Positions 56,180 through 64,000 of a stretch of 64,000 bases of DNA are shown here, one piece after another (within the stretch, counting starts at the first letter, position 1; each line of letters begins with the position of its first letter). The stretch lies in contig JBGCFP010000003.1 of assembly GCA_045107005.1 (NCBI GenBank), positions 4,164 through 68,163 of the forward strand, written 5' to 3'. Origin of the DNA: Gammaproteobacteria bacterium (GTDB taxonomy: Bacteria; Pseudomonadota; Gammaproteobacteria; Steroidobacterales; JBCCMA01). A program made the position numbers and the translations under genes. The notes below the pieces were generated by a model. That model had not been told where the DNA came from. It worked only from the letters and a program-made list of their open reading frames with translations, and made no database searches.

Positions 56180-56299
56180 GGTGGCGCGTGCTCGTTGGGT
56201 TGGCGGATACCTCTACCTTAACGCATGTCGACACAAAAACGCTGGCATAAAAAAACGGCCCACAAGGGGCCGTTTTCATCAGCGTGCAGTCTTGCTGTG

Positions 56300-58252
56300 T
56301 TACGCGGCGGACTTCTTCTTGCGCGCTTTGGTCTTGCGCTTCTTCGTTGTGCGTTTTTTCTGGGTCGATGCCACTTTCTCAGCCGCGGTGACCCAGGTCT
56401 GGAACTCCGGCGGACGCGGTGCGGCGTGTCCGGTTTCCTTCTTGGCGCGCTTCTTGAGCTCTTCGATCGTGCCACCGAAATCGAACACCGGCGGCTTGCC
56501 GCGCGCTTTGCTGAGCTTGGCGCGCAGCGTGGCGGTGCGTTTTTCGTTGACCGTCATATCGTTATTGATGACCACGCCGTAACGGCGCGCACCCTTTTGC
56601 GACACGAGACCGGCTTTCACATCGAACAGTACGCGTTCGGGTTCGCGTTTGAACGGGTCGCCGCAGCCGCCACCGCCCCAGGTGTCGAAGTAGAGCAGGT
56701 CGTTGGCTTCGACTTTGATCCGATCACACTTGGACGGCAGTTTTTCGACCGTGCCGTCGGCGCGATGCAGGATTTTCTCCGAGCGACGACCGGGTTCGCC
56801 ACCGGTCACGCCCCACGGGTAGGTGAGCCAGCGGTCATCGTGAATCGAGATTTCGCCGGGCTCGAGGAAACGATAGCCCATCGACAGTCCGTTGCCGCCG
56901 CGGTGATAACCGGCGCCGCCGCTGTCGATGATGGTCTCGTATTTCTCGATGCGCAGTGGGAAATAGCTTTCCAGAAACTCGTTGGGCACGTTGGTGAAAC
57001 TCGGCCACAGCGAGTGACCGTCCGGGCCGTCCCCGAAGGGCTTGCCGGGGATGCCGCCGAAGCCAATGGAATAAAGCTGATACCACTCGCCGTTTTTGTC
57101 GTGACCCGAGTACATGAAATGCGGGCTGTCCGAGAAGCCGGCGCCGCACAGGAAGTCCGGGTTGCCTTGACCGAGCAACCCGCCGAGCACGTCGAAGATA
57201 CGGCCCAGCGCGTGCGTGCGACAGGACAGCGCTGCGGGTGCCTTGGGTTTGAGCAAGGTGCCGTCCGGGATGTTCACTTCCATCAGATCGTAGAAGCCGT
57301 CGTTGAACATGATTTGCGGGTCGAACACCATGATCATGTAGACGCCGCAGAACATTTTGAACATTTCTTCGTTCAGATAGAAGTTGATGGAGCTGATCGA
57401 CTGCGGGTCGGTGCCGTCGAAATCAAACTTCACCTTATTGCCGTCACGCCACATGGCGCACTTGATCTTGTACGGACCCATGCCCAAACCATCGTCGCAG
57501 ATGTAATCTTCGAAATACTGCTTCTTGGTCGGGATGGTCGATTTGATCAGCTTGGACATGGCGCGCTTGTTGCGCTCAAGCAGTTCATCCAGGGCCGAGT
57601 AGTAGATGTCGTCGCCGAAGCGTTCCGACATCTCAATGACGCGTTTCTCGGCCGTGCGAATTGCGGCGACCAGCGCATTGAAATCACTGCGGTTCCAGTG
57701 CGGGAGGCGGCAGTTGTGCATGATTAGGTCGAGAATATCGGTCTGCAGTTCGTCGTTCTTGTAGATCTTCGTTGGTGGCACGCGAATGCCTTCTTCGAAA
57801 ATCTCGCGAGCGTCGGTGGGCAACGAGCCCGGCACTTTGCCGCCCACGTCGGTCATGTGACCAAACATGGCGGCATAGGCAATCAGCCGGCCGTCTTTGA
57901 AGATCGGTCGCAGCAGCAGCCAGTCGTTAATGTGACTGACGGCGCCGTTGCAGGCATAAGGATCGGTGGTCAGGAACATGTCCCCTTCCTCGATCGTGCC
58001 GTCGTAAGCTTCTTTGAAGCCGTGAATAAAGCTGCCGAACTGGCCGACGACCATCTTGCCTTCAAGGTTGGCGATCATCGGAAATTCATCGTGCTGTTCA
58101 CGAATACCCGGCGACATGGCGGTGCGAAACAGCACGGCGTCCATTTCATGGCGTGCGTTGAGCATCGCGTTTTCAATGATGTCGAGGGTGATGGGGTCTA
58201 CGTCCAGACGTTTAAACGGACGGGGACGACTTTCAACGAGTGTAGCTGGCAT
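56300..58252 (-). CDS. hyuB: Hydantoinase B / oxoprolinase family protein with a poly-basic C-terminal tail
   Basis: DPITLDIIENA N-terminus and GGGGCGDP block typical of the HyuB family. AGGAG RBS. 22-nt gap after hyuA. Confidence 0.9.
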   Translation of the reverse strand: MPATLVESRPRPFKRLDVDPITLDIIENAMLNARHEMDAVLFRTAMSPGIREQHDEFPMIANLEGKMVVGQFGSFIHGFKEAYDGTIEEGDMFLTTDPYACNGAVSHINDWLLLRPIFKDGRLIAYAAMFGHMTDVGGKVPGSLPTDAREIFEEGIRVPPTKIYKNDELQTDILDLIMHNCRLPHWNRSDFNALVAAIRTAEKRVIEMSERFGDDIYYSALDELLERNKRAMSKLIKSTIPTKKQYFEDYICDDGLGMGPYKIKCAMWRDGNKVKFDFDGTDPQSISSINFYLNEEMFKMFCGVYMIMVFDPQIMFNDGFYDLMEVNIPDGTLLKPKAPAALSCRTHALGRIFDVLGGLLGQGNPDFLCGAGFSDSPHFMYSGHDKNGEWYQLYSIGFGGIPGKPFGDGPDGHSLWPSFTNVPNEFLESYFPLRIEKYETIIDSGGAGYHRGGNGLSMGYRFLEPGEISIHDDRWLTYPWGVTGGEPGRRSEKILHRADGTVEKLPSKCDRIKVEANDLLYFDTWGGGGCGDPFKREPERVLFDVKAGLVSQKGARRYGVVINNDMTVNEKRTATLRAKLSKARGKPPVFDFGGTIEELKKRAKKETGHAAPRPPEFQTWVTAAEKVASTQKKRTTKKRKTKARKKKSAA

Positions 58253-58273
58253 TGTTAGTAGCTCCTGGTGCGT

Positions 58274-60331
58274 TTATTTGGCTGGGTTGATCAAGAGATT
58301 ACCGAGCTTGTCGACTTTGGCGACGTGCTTGGGAAGGATGACAGTGGTGGAATCCATCTCGAGCACCACGGCCGGACCTTCGATTCGATTGCCGGATTTG
58401 AGTTCGCGACGATCGTAAAGCTGAGCTTCGCGGTTCTTCCCGTCGACGAACACTTTGGTCGTCGCGAGTTTCGATGCGGCGGAAGGCTTGGGTCCGCCAC
58501 GTGGCACGCTGCTCGCCGCGATGTTCGCTTCCTTGCCTTGCGCAACGGCGCGCAGGTTGACGAGTTCCTTGTCACTCTCCAGAGCGAACGTAAACAGCTG
58601 GCGATGCATTTCGTCGAACTGGTCGCCAATGATATCGAGGCCCTTTTTCTTCAAATCCTTGATGTCGAAATCGACCGTGAGCAACAGACCCTGGCCCGCG
58701 TAGCGAATATCGACCTGATAGGTCGTGCTGCGATCTTTGGGTTTGACGCCTTCCTTTTCGAGGGTTTTCTCGGCCTGGCGCGCCAGTTTTTCGAAGATAC
58801 CGGCAACCTGCTTGACGCTGGTCTGAGAGAATCGTTTGATGAACGTGCGCGACGCTTCATCGCGTACGCGCGTCGTGGCATCGCCATAGGCGCACAGCAC
58901 GCCCGGGCCCGGCGGAATAATGACCGGCCAACTGTTCATCAGTTTGCCCAGCGCGTTGGCGTGCAGCGGGCCGGCACCACCAAAGCCAATCAGCGCAAAG
59001 TCTCGCGGATCGTAGCCTTTTTCCACCGACACCAGACGCAGCGCGCCGTACATGTTCTCGTTGACAATATCGACGATGCCAGCTGCCGCTTGCTGCACGG
59101 TAAGGCCGAGTGCTTTGGCTACCGGCTCGATCGATTTGATCGCCAGATCCTTGCGCACTTCCATGTCGCCGCCCAGACGCACTTCGGTGGGCAGGAAGCC
59201 CAGCACGACGTTGGCGTCGGTTACTGTCGGGGCTTCGCCCCCTTTGTTGTAGGCTGCCGGCCCCGGTGCGGCGCCGGCGCTTTCTGGCCCAACGCGCAGT
59301 GCGCCGGTGAGTTCCGGTACGTGAGCAATGGAGCCGCCGCCAGCGCCAACGGTACGCACGTCGACCGACGAAGCGCGAACCGTCACGTCACCGACCGTGG
59401 TCTCACGCCGCAGCTGCGCCTTGCCGTCCTGAACCAGTGCGACGTCCGTAGACGTGCCGCCCATGTCAAAGGTCAGCAGGTTTTCATAGCCCGCCTGCTT
59501 GGCGATCCAGACCGCCCCGGACACGCCGCCCGCCGGGCCACTCATCAGCAGGTTGACGGGCAATTGCTCCGCGACTTTCGCCGACGCCATGCCGCCGTCG
59601 GAGCGCAGGATGTGCAGCTTCACATCCTTCATTTTGCTCTTGAGTTTGCGTTTGAGATTCTTGACGTACATCGACACTTTCGGCGCGACGTAGGAGTTGG
59701 CGACCGTCGTGATGGTGCGCTCATACTCCTGCATTTCCGGAACCACGTCGGACGACAGCGACACCGGGATGCCGGGCAGCGCTTTTTTGGCGAGCTTGCC
59801 GACTTCTTTTTCATTCGCACCGTTGGCGTAACTGTTAATCAGTGACACGGTCAGCGCTTCAATGTTTTCTTTTTTGAGTGACTTAAGCGCTTTGGTCAGC
59901 GCCGTTTTCTTCAGCGGCCGAACAACTTTGCCGTCCGCGCCCATGCGCTCCTCGGCTTCGATCGTGCAGGCCAGTGGAGCCAGCGGCTCACTCTTGTTGT
60001 AAATCACCCAGCCGCCGAGGCCGCCCGGTACGTAAGAGCGGGCAATTTGCAGCACCTGACGGTAGCCTTCTGTGGTAACCAAACCCACTTTTGCGCCAGT
60101 GCCGGTGAGTACCGTGTTGGTGGCAACCGTCGTGCCGTGCATAACCTGGTTGATTTTGTCGGGTGAAATACCGGCGGTCGCGCATACGCGCTCGATGCCG
60201 TTGAGAACGCCGATGGACGAATCCTCTGGCGTGCTGGGCACTTTGGCCGTGTAGGTTTTATTGGATTTTTCGTCGACCAGCAGTAGGTCGGTGAATGTGC
60301 CACCGACATCAACCCCTAAACGATATGACAT
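58274..60331 (-). CDS. hyuA: Hydantoinase A / oxoprolinase family protein (ATP-dependent)
   Basis: YRLGVDVGGTFTDLLLVDE N-terminus and FDMGGTSTDV ASKHA-fold ATPase motifs. Confidence 0.9.
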   Translation of the reverse strand: MSYRLGVDVGGTFTDLLLVDEKSNKTYTAKVPSTPEDSSIGVLNGIERVCATAGISPDKINQVMHGTTVATNTVLTGTGAKVGLVTTEGYRQVLQIARSYVPGGLGGWVIYNKSEPLAPLACTIEAEERMGADGKVVRPLKKTALTKALKSLKKENIEALTVSLINSYANGANEKEVGKLAKKALPGIPVSLSSDVVPEMQEYERTITTVANSYVAPKVSMYVKNLKRKLKSKMKDVKLHILRSDGGMASAKVAEQLPVNLLMSGPAGGVSGAVWIAKQAGYENLLTFDMGGTSTDVALVQDGKAQLRRETTVGDVTVRASSVDVRTVGAGGGSIAHVPELTGALRVGPESAGAAPGPAAYNKGGEAPTVTDANVVLGFLPTEVRLGGDMEVRKDLAIKSIEPVAKALGLTVQQAAAGIVDIVNENMYGALRLVSVEKGYDPRDFALIGFGGAGPLHANALGKLMNSWPVIIPPGPGVLCAYGDATTRVRDEASRTFIKRFSQTSVKQVAGIFEKLARQAEKTLEKEGVKPKDRSTTYQVDIRYAGQGLLLTVDFDIKDLKKKGLDIIGDQFDEMHRQLFTFALESDKELVNLRAVAQGKEANIAASSVPRGGPKPSAASKLATTKVFVDGKNREAQLYDRRELKSGNRIEGPAVVLEMDSTTVILPKHVAKVDKLGNLLINPAK

Positions 60332-60416
60332 GTTGCGCGCACCTTAAAAATTACGAATTCGTATGAGCCCCGCACCGACCCTTATATAAGTAGTAGTGAG
60401 GGGCGAAGGAGCGAAA

Positions 60417-60430
60417 CATTGTATACAATG
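60417..60430. promoter_or_regulatory. Operator-like palindrome CATTGTATACAATG (site 5)
   Basis: Perfect 14-bp palindrome in the divergent hyuA / CoA-transferase intergenic region. Confidence 0.55.
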
Positions 60431-60491
60431 GGCGCGAGCTGATCTAGCCGATATCCGATATTCAGTCGGTTGTGCGGCGCACGATGCAAAG

Positions 60492-60502
60492 ATTGTATAC
60501 AT
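60492..60502. promoter_or_regulatory. Operator-like palindrome ATTGTATACAt (site 6)
   Basis: Core TGTATACA at 60494-60501, about 20 bp upstream of the CoA-transferase ATG and 74 bp from site 5. Confidence 0.5.
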
Positions 60503-60521
60503 TCATTGAGGAAACGTCTCC

Positions 60522-61709
60522 ATGTCCCTACCTCTCGACGGAATCCGCGTGCTGGCCATTGAGCAGTTCGGTGCAGGCCCCTACGGCTCGATGTATCTGG
60601 CCGATCTTGGCGCCGAGGTGATCAAAATCGAGAATCGGGCGTTTGGCGGCGATCCGTCTCGCCAGACCGGTGAGCACCTGATGGGCGACGACGATTGCGC
60701 CTACTTTCAAGCGTTTAACCTCAACAAGAAAAGCGTGACGCTCGATCTGAAACACGCCGACGGGCAGCGGGTGCTGCACAAGCTGGTGCAAACCGCCGAC
60801 GTGGTCTGGAACAATCTGCGTGGTAATCAGCCGGCGCGATTGGGTCTTGACTATGCGTCGCTCAAGGCGGTCAAGCCGTCCATCATCTGCACGCACATCT
60901 CGGCCTACGGCCGTGACAACGATCGCGCGGACTGGCCCGGCTATGATTACTTAATGCAGGCCGAGTGCGGTTTTCTGGATCTGACCGGTGAGCCGGATGC
61001 GCCACCTGCGCGATTCGGACTGTCGATGATCGATTTTATGACCGGCACGGTGGCCGGTATGGGGACACTGGCCGCACTGATTGGGCGCGAGCGCAATGGC
61101 GGTGGCGACGTCGACGTCAGCTTGTTCGACGTGGCGTTGCACCAGCTGACGTACCCTGGCACCTGGTACATGAACCACGGTGTCAAAACCGGGCGTATCG
61201 CGCGCAGTGCGCACCCGGCCAACACGCCCGTGCAGCTTTATCGCACGCAGGACGCGTGGATCTTTATCATGTGCATGACGCAGAAATTCTGGTTGCTGCT
61301 GATTGAAACGCTGGGCGTCGCCGATCTCAATGATGATCCGCGTTTTGCGACCATTCGCGCGCGGACGCAACATCGCGATGCGCTGACGCCGTTGCTGGAC
61401 GACGCGTTTTCCAAAAACACCACGGAACACTGGCTGGGCAAACTCCAGACTCGCGTGCCGGTGGCGCCGGTGTACGATTTGCCCCAGGCGCTCGACAACC
61501 CGTTCGTGCAGCAGATCAACATGATTCAGACGATGCCGCATCGCGTCGCCGGCGAACTGCGGGCGCTGCGCAATCCGATCAAGCTCGATGGTGCGAGGTT
61601 GGACGGTGAGCCTTGTCATGGGCTTGGCGCTGATAACGAGTCGGTGCTCGGTGACGAGTTGGGCTTGGCGGATCAGTTGGATGCGTTGCGAGACGACGGC
61701 GCGGTTTAG
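60522..61709 (+). CDS. Family III (CaiB/BaiF) CoA-transferase
   Basis: IRVLAIEQFGAGPYGSMYLADLGAEVIKIE signature. 395 aa. Confidence 0.9.
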   Translation: MSLPLDGIRVLAIEQFGAGPYGSMYLADLGAEVIKIENRAFGGDPSRQTGEHLMGDDDCAYFQAFNLNKKSVTLDLKHADGQRVLHKLVQTADVVWNNLRGNQPARLGLDYASLKAVKPSIICTHISAYGRDNDRADWPGYDYLMQAECGFLDLTGEPDAPPARFGLSMIDFMTGTVAGMGTLAALIGRERNGGGDVDVSLFDVALHQLTYPGTWYMNHGVKTGRIARSAHPANTPVQLYRTQDAWIFIMCMTQKFWLLLIETLGVADLNDDPRFATIRARTQHRDALTPLLDDAFSKNTTEHWLGKLQTRVPVAPVYDLPQALDNPFVQQINMIQTMPHRVAGELRALRNPIKLDGARLDGEPCHGLGADNESVLGDELGLADQLDALRDDGAV

Positions 61710-61712
61710 CGC

Positions 61713-63611
61713 TTACGTTTCGTCGTGGGCTTCCAGCGCTTCGGTTGCGCTTAGCCATTGTTCTTCGCAGGCTACGAGTTGGGACGCGTTGTCCGCTTGA
61801 CGGCCAAGCAGAAGTTTTAGCTCTTCCTTATTCTCATCGGCATAAATAGCCGTGTCAGACAGCGCTTCCTCGAGTTCGATTTTCGTCGCTTCGAGTTTGG
61901 CCAGCTGCGACTCCGCTTGTTTTAACTGTTTGCGCAATGGCGCGAGTTTTTGTCGCTGTTGCGCTTCGAGTCGGCGCTGCTCTTTTCGATTGACCGACGC
62001 CGGGGCGGCGCTCGGTGCTTTCGCGCGGTCTTTTAGTGCGCGCTGTCGGTCGACCAGCCACGCCGGGTAATCGTCGAGCGAACCGGCAAACTCATCGACA
62101 CTGCCACCGTCGACCAGAAGCAGTTGATCCACGGTGAGCCGGAGCAAGTGTCGGTCATGCGACACGATCACCATGGCGCCCGGAAAATCCTGCAGCGCGT
62201 TGGCCAACGCTTGGCGCATTTCCAGATCGAGATGGTTGGTGGGCTCGTCGAGCAGCAACAAATTCGGTTTTTGATAAACCAGAATGGCCAGCGCCAGGCG
62301 TGATTTCTCGCCGCCGGAGAACGGCGCAACCGGGCTGACGGCCTGATCATTGCTAAAGCCAAAGCTGCCGAGGTAGTTACGCAGCTCCTGTTCGCGAGCT
62401 TTGGGGTCGAGTCGTACGAAGTGTTCGAGCGGCGTGCTCTGCGGGTCGAGTTGCTCGACCTGGTGCTGTGCGAAATAGCCGATGGCGGCCATCTTGGCTT
62501 CGGTGCGTTCGCCAGCTTGCAGTGGCAAACCGCCCGCCAGCAGTTTGATGAGTGTGGACTTGCCCGCGCCGTTGGGCCCGAGCAAGCCGACTCGATCGCC
62601 CGGTGCCAGCGACAGTTCGATGTTGGACACAACGGTCTTGTCGTCGTAGCCAACGTTGGCGTCTTGTAAGGTGAGCAACGGCGCGGGCAGGTCGTCGACT
62701 TTGCGCAAGCGAAAACCAAACGGGGAATCGACGTGCGCCGGCAGGATTTCTTCCATGCGGGCGAGGGCTTTGAGCCGGCTTTGGGCTTGGCGCGCCTTAG
62801 TGGCTTTCGCTCTGAAGCGATCGACGAATGCCCGCATGTGGGCAATTTCGCGCTGCTGTTTTTGATACGCCGCTTGTTGTCCGGCAAGGCGCTCCGCGCG
62901 AATGTGCTCGAACGCGCTGTAGTTGCCGCTGTAAAGTTGGGCGTGTTCGCGCTCGATGTTGACGATGCTCGTGCTGATGCTGTCGAGAAAATCCCGATCG
63001 TGCGAGATCAGCAGCAGCGTGCCGGGATACGCTTTGAGCCACTGCTCCAGCCACAGCACCGCGTCGAGGTCGAGATGGTTGGTCGGCTCATCCAGTAGTA
63101 ACAAATCCGAGCGACACATCAGTGCGCGCGCAAGGTTAAGACGCACTCGCCAGCCGCCCGAAAACTCATCCAGCGAACGCCCCAGATCGAGGTTTTGAAA
63201 TCCCAGACCGTGCAGCAGTTGCGCCGCGCGACTGTTTGCCGTGTAGCCATCGATGGCTTCGAGCTTGGCCAGCAGGGTGGCTTGGCGTTCGCCGTCAGCA
63301 TCGCGTTCGGCCGCAGCCAACTGGTGTTCGATGTCGCGCAGTTGCTGATCGCCATCGAGCGTGTAGTCGAGTGCCGTGCGCGAACCGTGCGGTGCCTCCT
63401 GTGCGACGTGCGCGATGACCCAGTGCGACGGGCAGCTGAAGTGCCCGGTGTCCGCCTGGAGCTCACCGCGTACCAAAGAGAACAGGCTCGATTTGCCGGT
63501 GCCGTTGGCGCCGGTGATGCCCGCTTTTTGCCCCGGATGGATCTGGAAACTGGCGCGCTCGAACAGGAGCTTGGCGCCGCGGCGCAGGCTGAGGTCATCG
63601 AAATGGAGCAT
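61713..63611 (-). CDS. ABC-F family ATPase (YheS-like, two ABC cassettes, no TM domain)
   Basis: Two Walker A sites (GANGTGKSS, GPNGAGKST), two signature/Walker B sets, an inter-domain linker and a C-terminal coiled-coil-like tail. The N-terminus resembles E. coli YheS. Confidence 0.85.
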   Translation of the reverse strand: MLHFDDLSLRRGAKLLFERASFQIHPGQKAGITGANGTGKSSLFSLVRGELQADTGHFSCPSHWVIAHVAQEAPHGSRTALDYTLDGDQQLRDIEHQLAAAERDADGERQATLLAKLEAIDGYTANSRAAQLLHGLGFQNLDLGRSLDEFSGGWRVRLNLARALMCRSDLLLLDEPTNHLDLDAVLWLEQWLKAYPGTLLLISHDRDFLDSISTSIVNIEREHAQLYSGNYSAFEHIRAERLAGQQAAYQKQQREIAHMRAFVDRFRAKATKARQAQSRLKALARMEEILPAHVDSPFGFRLRKVDDLPAPLLTLQDANVGYDDKTVVSNIELSLAPGDRVGLLGPNGAGKSTLIKLLAGGLPLQAGERTEAKMAAIGYFAQHQVEQLDPQSTPLEHFVRLDPKAREQELRNYLGSFGFSNDQAVSPVAPFSGGEKSRLALAILVYQKPNLLLLDEPTNHLDLEMRQALANALQDFPGAMVIVSHDRHLLRLTVDQLLLVDGGSVDEFAGSLDDYPAWLVDRQRALKDRAKAPSAAPASVNRKEQRRLEAQQRQKLAPLRKQLKQAESQLAKLEATKIELEEALSDTAIYADENKEELKLLLGRQADNASQLVACEEQWLSATEALEAHDET

Positions 63612-63663
63612 GCCCGGATTGTACCGATGATAGGGGCTTTGGCGTGAACGATGACAAGGACAC

Positions 63664-63692
63664 TTGACATCGGCTGGTGTGTTAGTTAGTGT
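63664..63692 (+). promoter_or_regulatory. Candidate sigma-70 promoter (TTGACA-17 nt-TAGTGT) with an overlapping inverted repeat GTAAAG-caag-CTTTAC (63691-63706)
   Basis: Read from the DNA upstream of the partial ORF at 63728. The -10 element is weak. Confidence 0.3.
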
Positions 63693-63727
63693 AAAGCAAG
63701 CTTTACTTATAGACAGAGAGACTTGTC

Positions 63728-64000
63728 ATGATTGAGAAACCCGTGGATGCCGACAATACCGGCGGAGTGATGAACAATTTGGGTGCCTGCATGGGCCGCA
63801 AGAGTGATCGCAACAATCAATTGCTGGTCGCGGGCGGCTTGATCGTGTGGGCGCTGAGTAGCGTAGTGACCAGTTACGCGGTGGAGGGTGGTGCGAGCGC
63901 AATGCTTGCGATAATCCCGCCCTTACTGTCGCTGGTTGTCGTGGCATGCTTCATGCGATTTTTGCGCCAAACGGATGAATACGTCCGCATGATGCAGTAC
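63728..64000 (+). CDS. Partial ORF (5' end only): small membrane protein, function unknown
   Basis: Open frame from the ATG at 63728 to the window edge. It has two hydrophobic segments (LLVAGGLIVWALSSVV, LAIIPPLLSLVVVACF). It is absent from the ORF track because no stop lies in the window. Confidence 0.4.
   Translation, partial: MIEKPVDADNTGGVMNNLGACMGRKSDRNNQLLVAGGLIVWALSSVVTSYAVEGGASAMLAIIPPLLSLVVVACFMRFLRQTDEYVRMMQY

Noticed and set aside
56225-57727. Very long ORFs antisense to, or out of frame with, clear genes. Examples: 56225-57727 (+), 58268-59845 (+), 7991-9112 (+), 6918-7880 (+), 46508-47518 (-), 47428-48432 (-), 47747-48739 (-), 54632-55543 (+), 39707-40573 (+), 19878-20672 (-), 33718-34500 (-), 34977-35789 (-).
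   Set aside because: They lie opposite ORFs with unmistakable family motifs. Their translations are Arg/Ala/Pro/Gly-rich with no motifs. Stop-free shadow frames like these are expected in high-GC DNA.
34682-60502. TTGTATACAA palindromes as IS terminal inverted repeats or REP-type elements.
   Set aside because: No transposase or target-site duplications are present. The sites are short, occur as spaced pairs strictly in promoter regions of functionally related genes, and fit GntR-type operators.
1-64000. Genomic island, prophage, defence system, CRISPR, or tRNA/rRNA content.
   Set aside because: I saw no integrase, transposase or phage genes, no nuclease/helicase/methylase clusters, no tRNA-like or rRNA sequence, and no obvious compositional break. 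The window reads as core chromosome enriched in secreted proteins.

Overview
High-GC chromosomal segment with dense coding on both strands. It looks like a marine gammaproteobacterium. The 584-aa type II isocitrate dehydrogenase and the BLUF/photolyase content are consistent with the OM60/NOR5 (Halieaceae, Congregibacter-like) group, but I cannot verify that without a database search. All calls come from reading the ORF translations and the DNA by eye. Core content: cysJIH sulfite/PAPS reduction, soxR with a textbook SoxR-box promoter, icd, yciH, an ABC-F ATPase, several secreted peptidases/hydrolases, an IorAB-like molybdoenzyme, a TonB-dependent receptor, two photolyase classes, a BLUF protein, a PAS histidine kinase and an ECF sigma cluster. 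I saw no rRNA, tRNA, CRISPR array, transposase, integrase or recognisable defence system. Two signals stand out. (1) Six secreted proteins with unrelated passenger domains all carry the same ~90-110-aa thrombospondin-type-3 plus dockerin-like calcium module, at the extreme C-terminus (4) or directly after the signal peptide (2). This suggests a shared docking or anchoring system whose partner is not in the window. (2) A TGTATACA-core palindrome occurs six times, always in pairs, in three promoter regions. It links a TonB receptor, two family III CoA-transferases, an HMG-CoA-lyase-like enzyme, HyuAB and a GntR/FCD regulator into one putative catabolic regulon. Smaller oddities include an acidic glycine-zipper protein, a glycine-rich DUF11-like surface protein and a photolyase-ECF sigma-ABC gene string.
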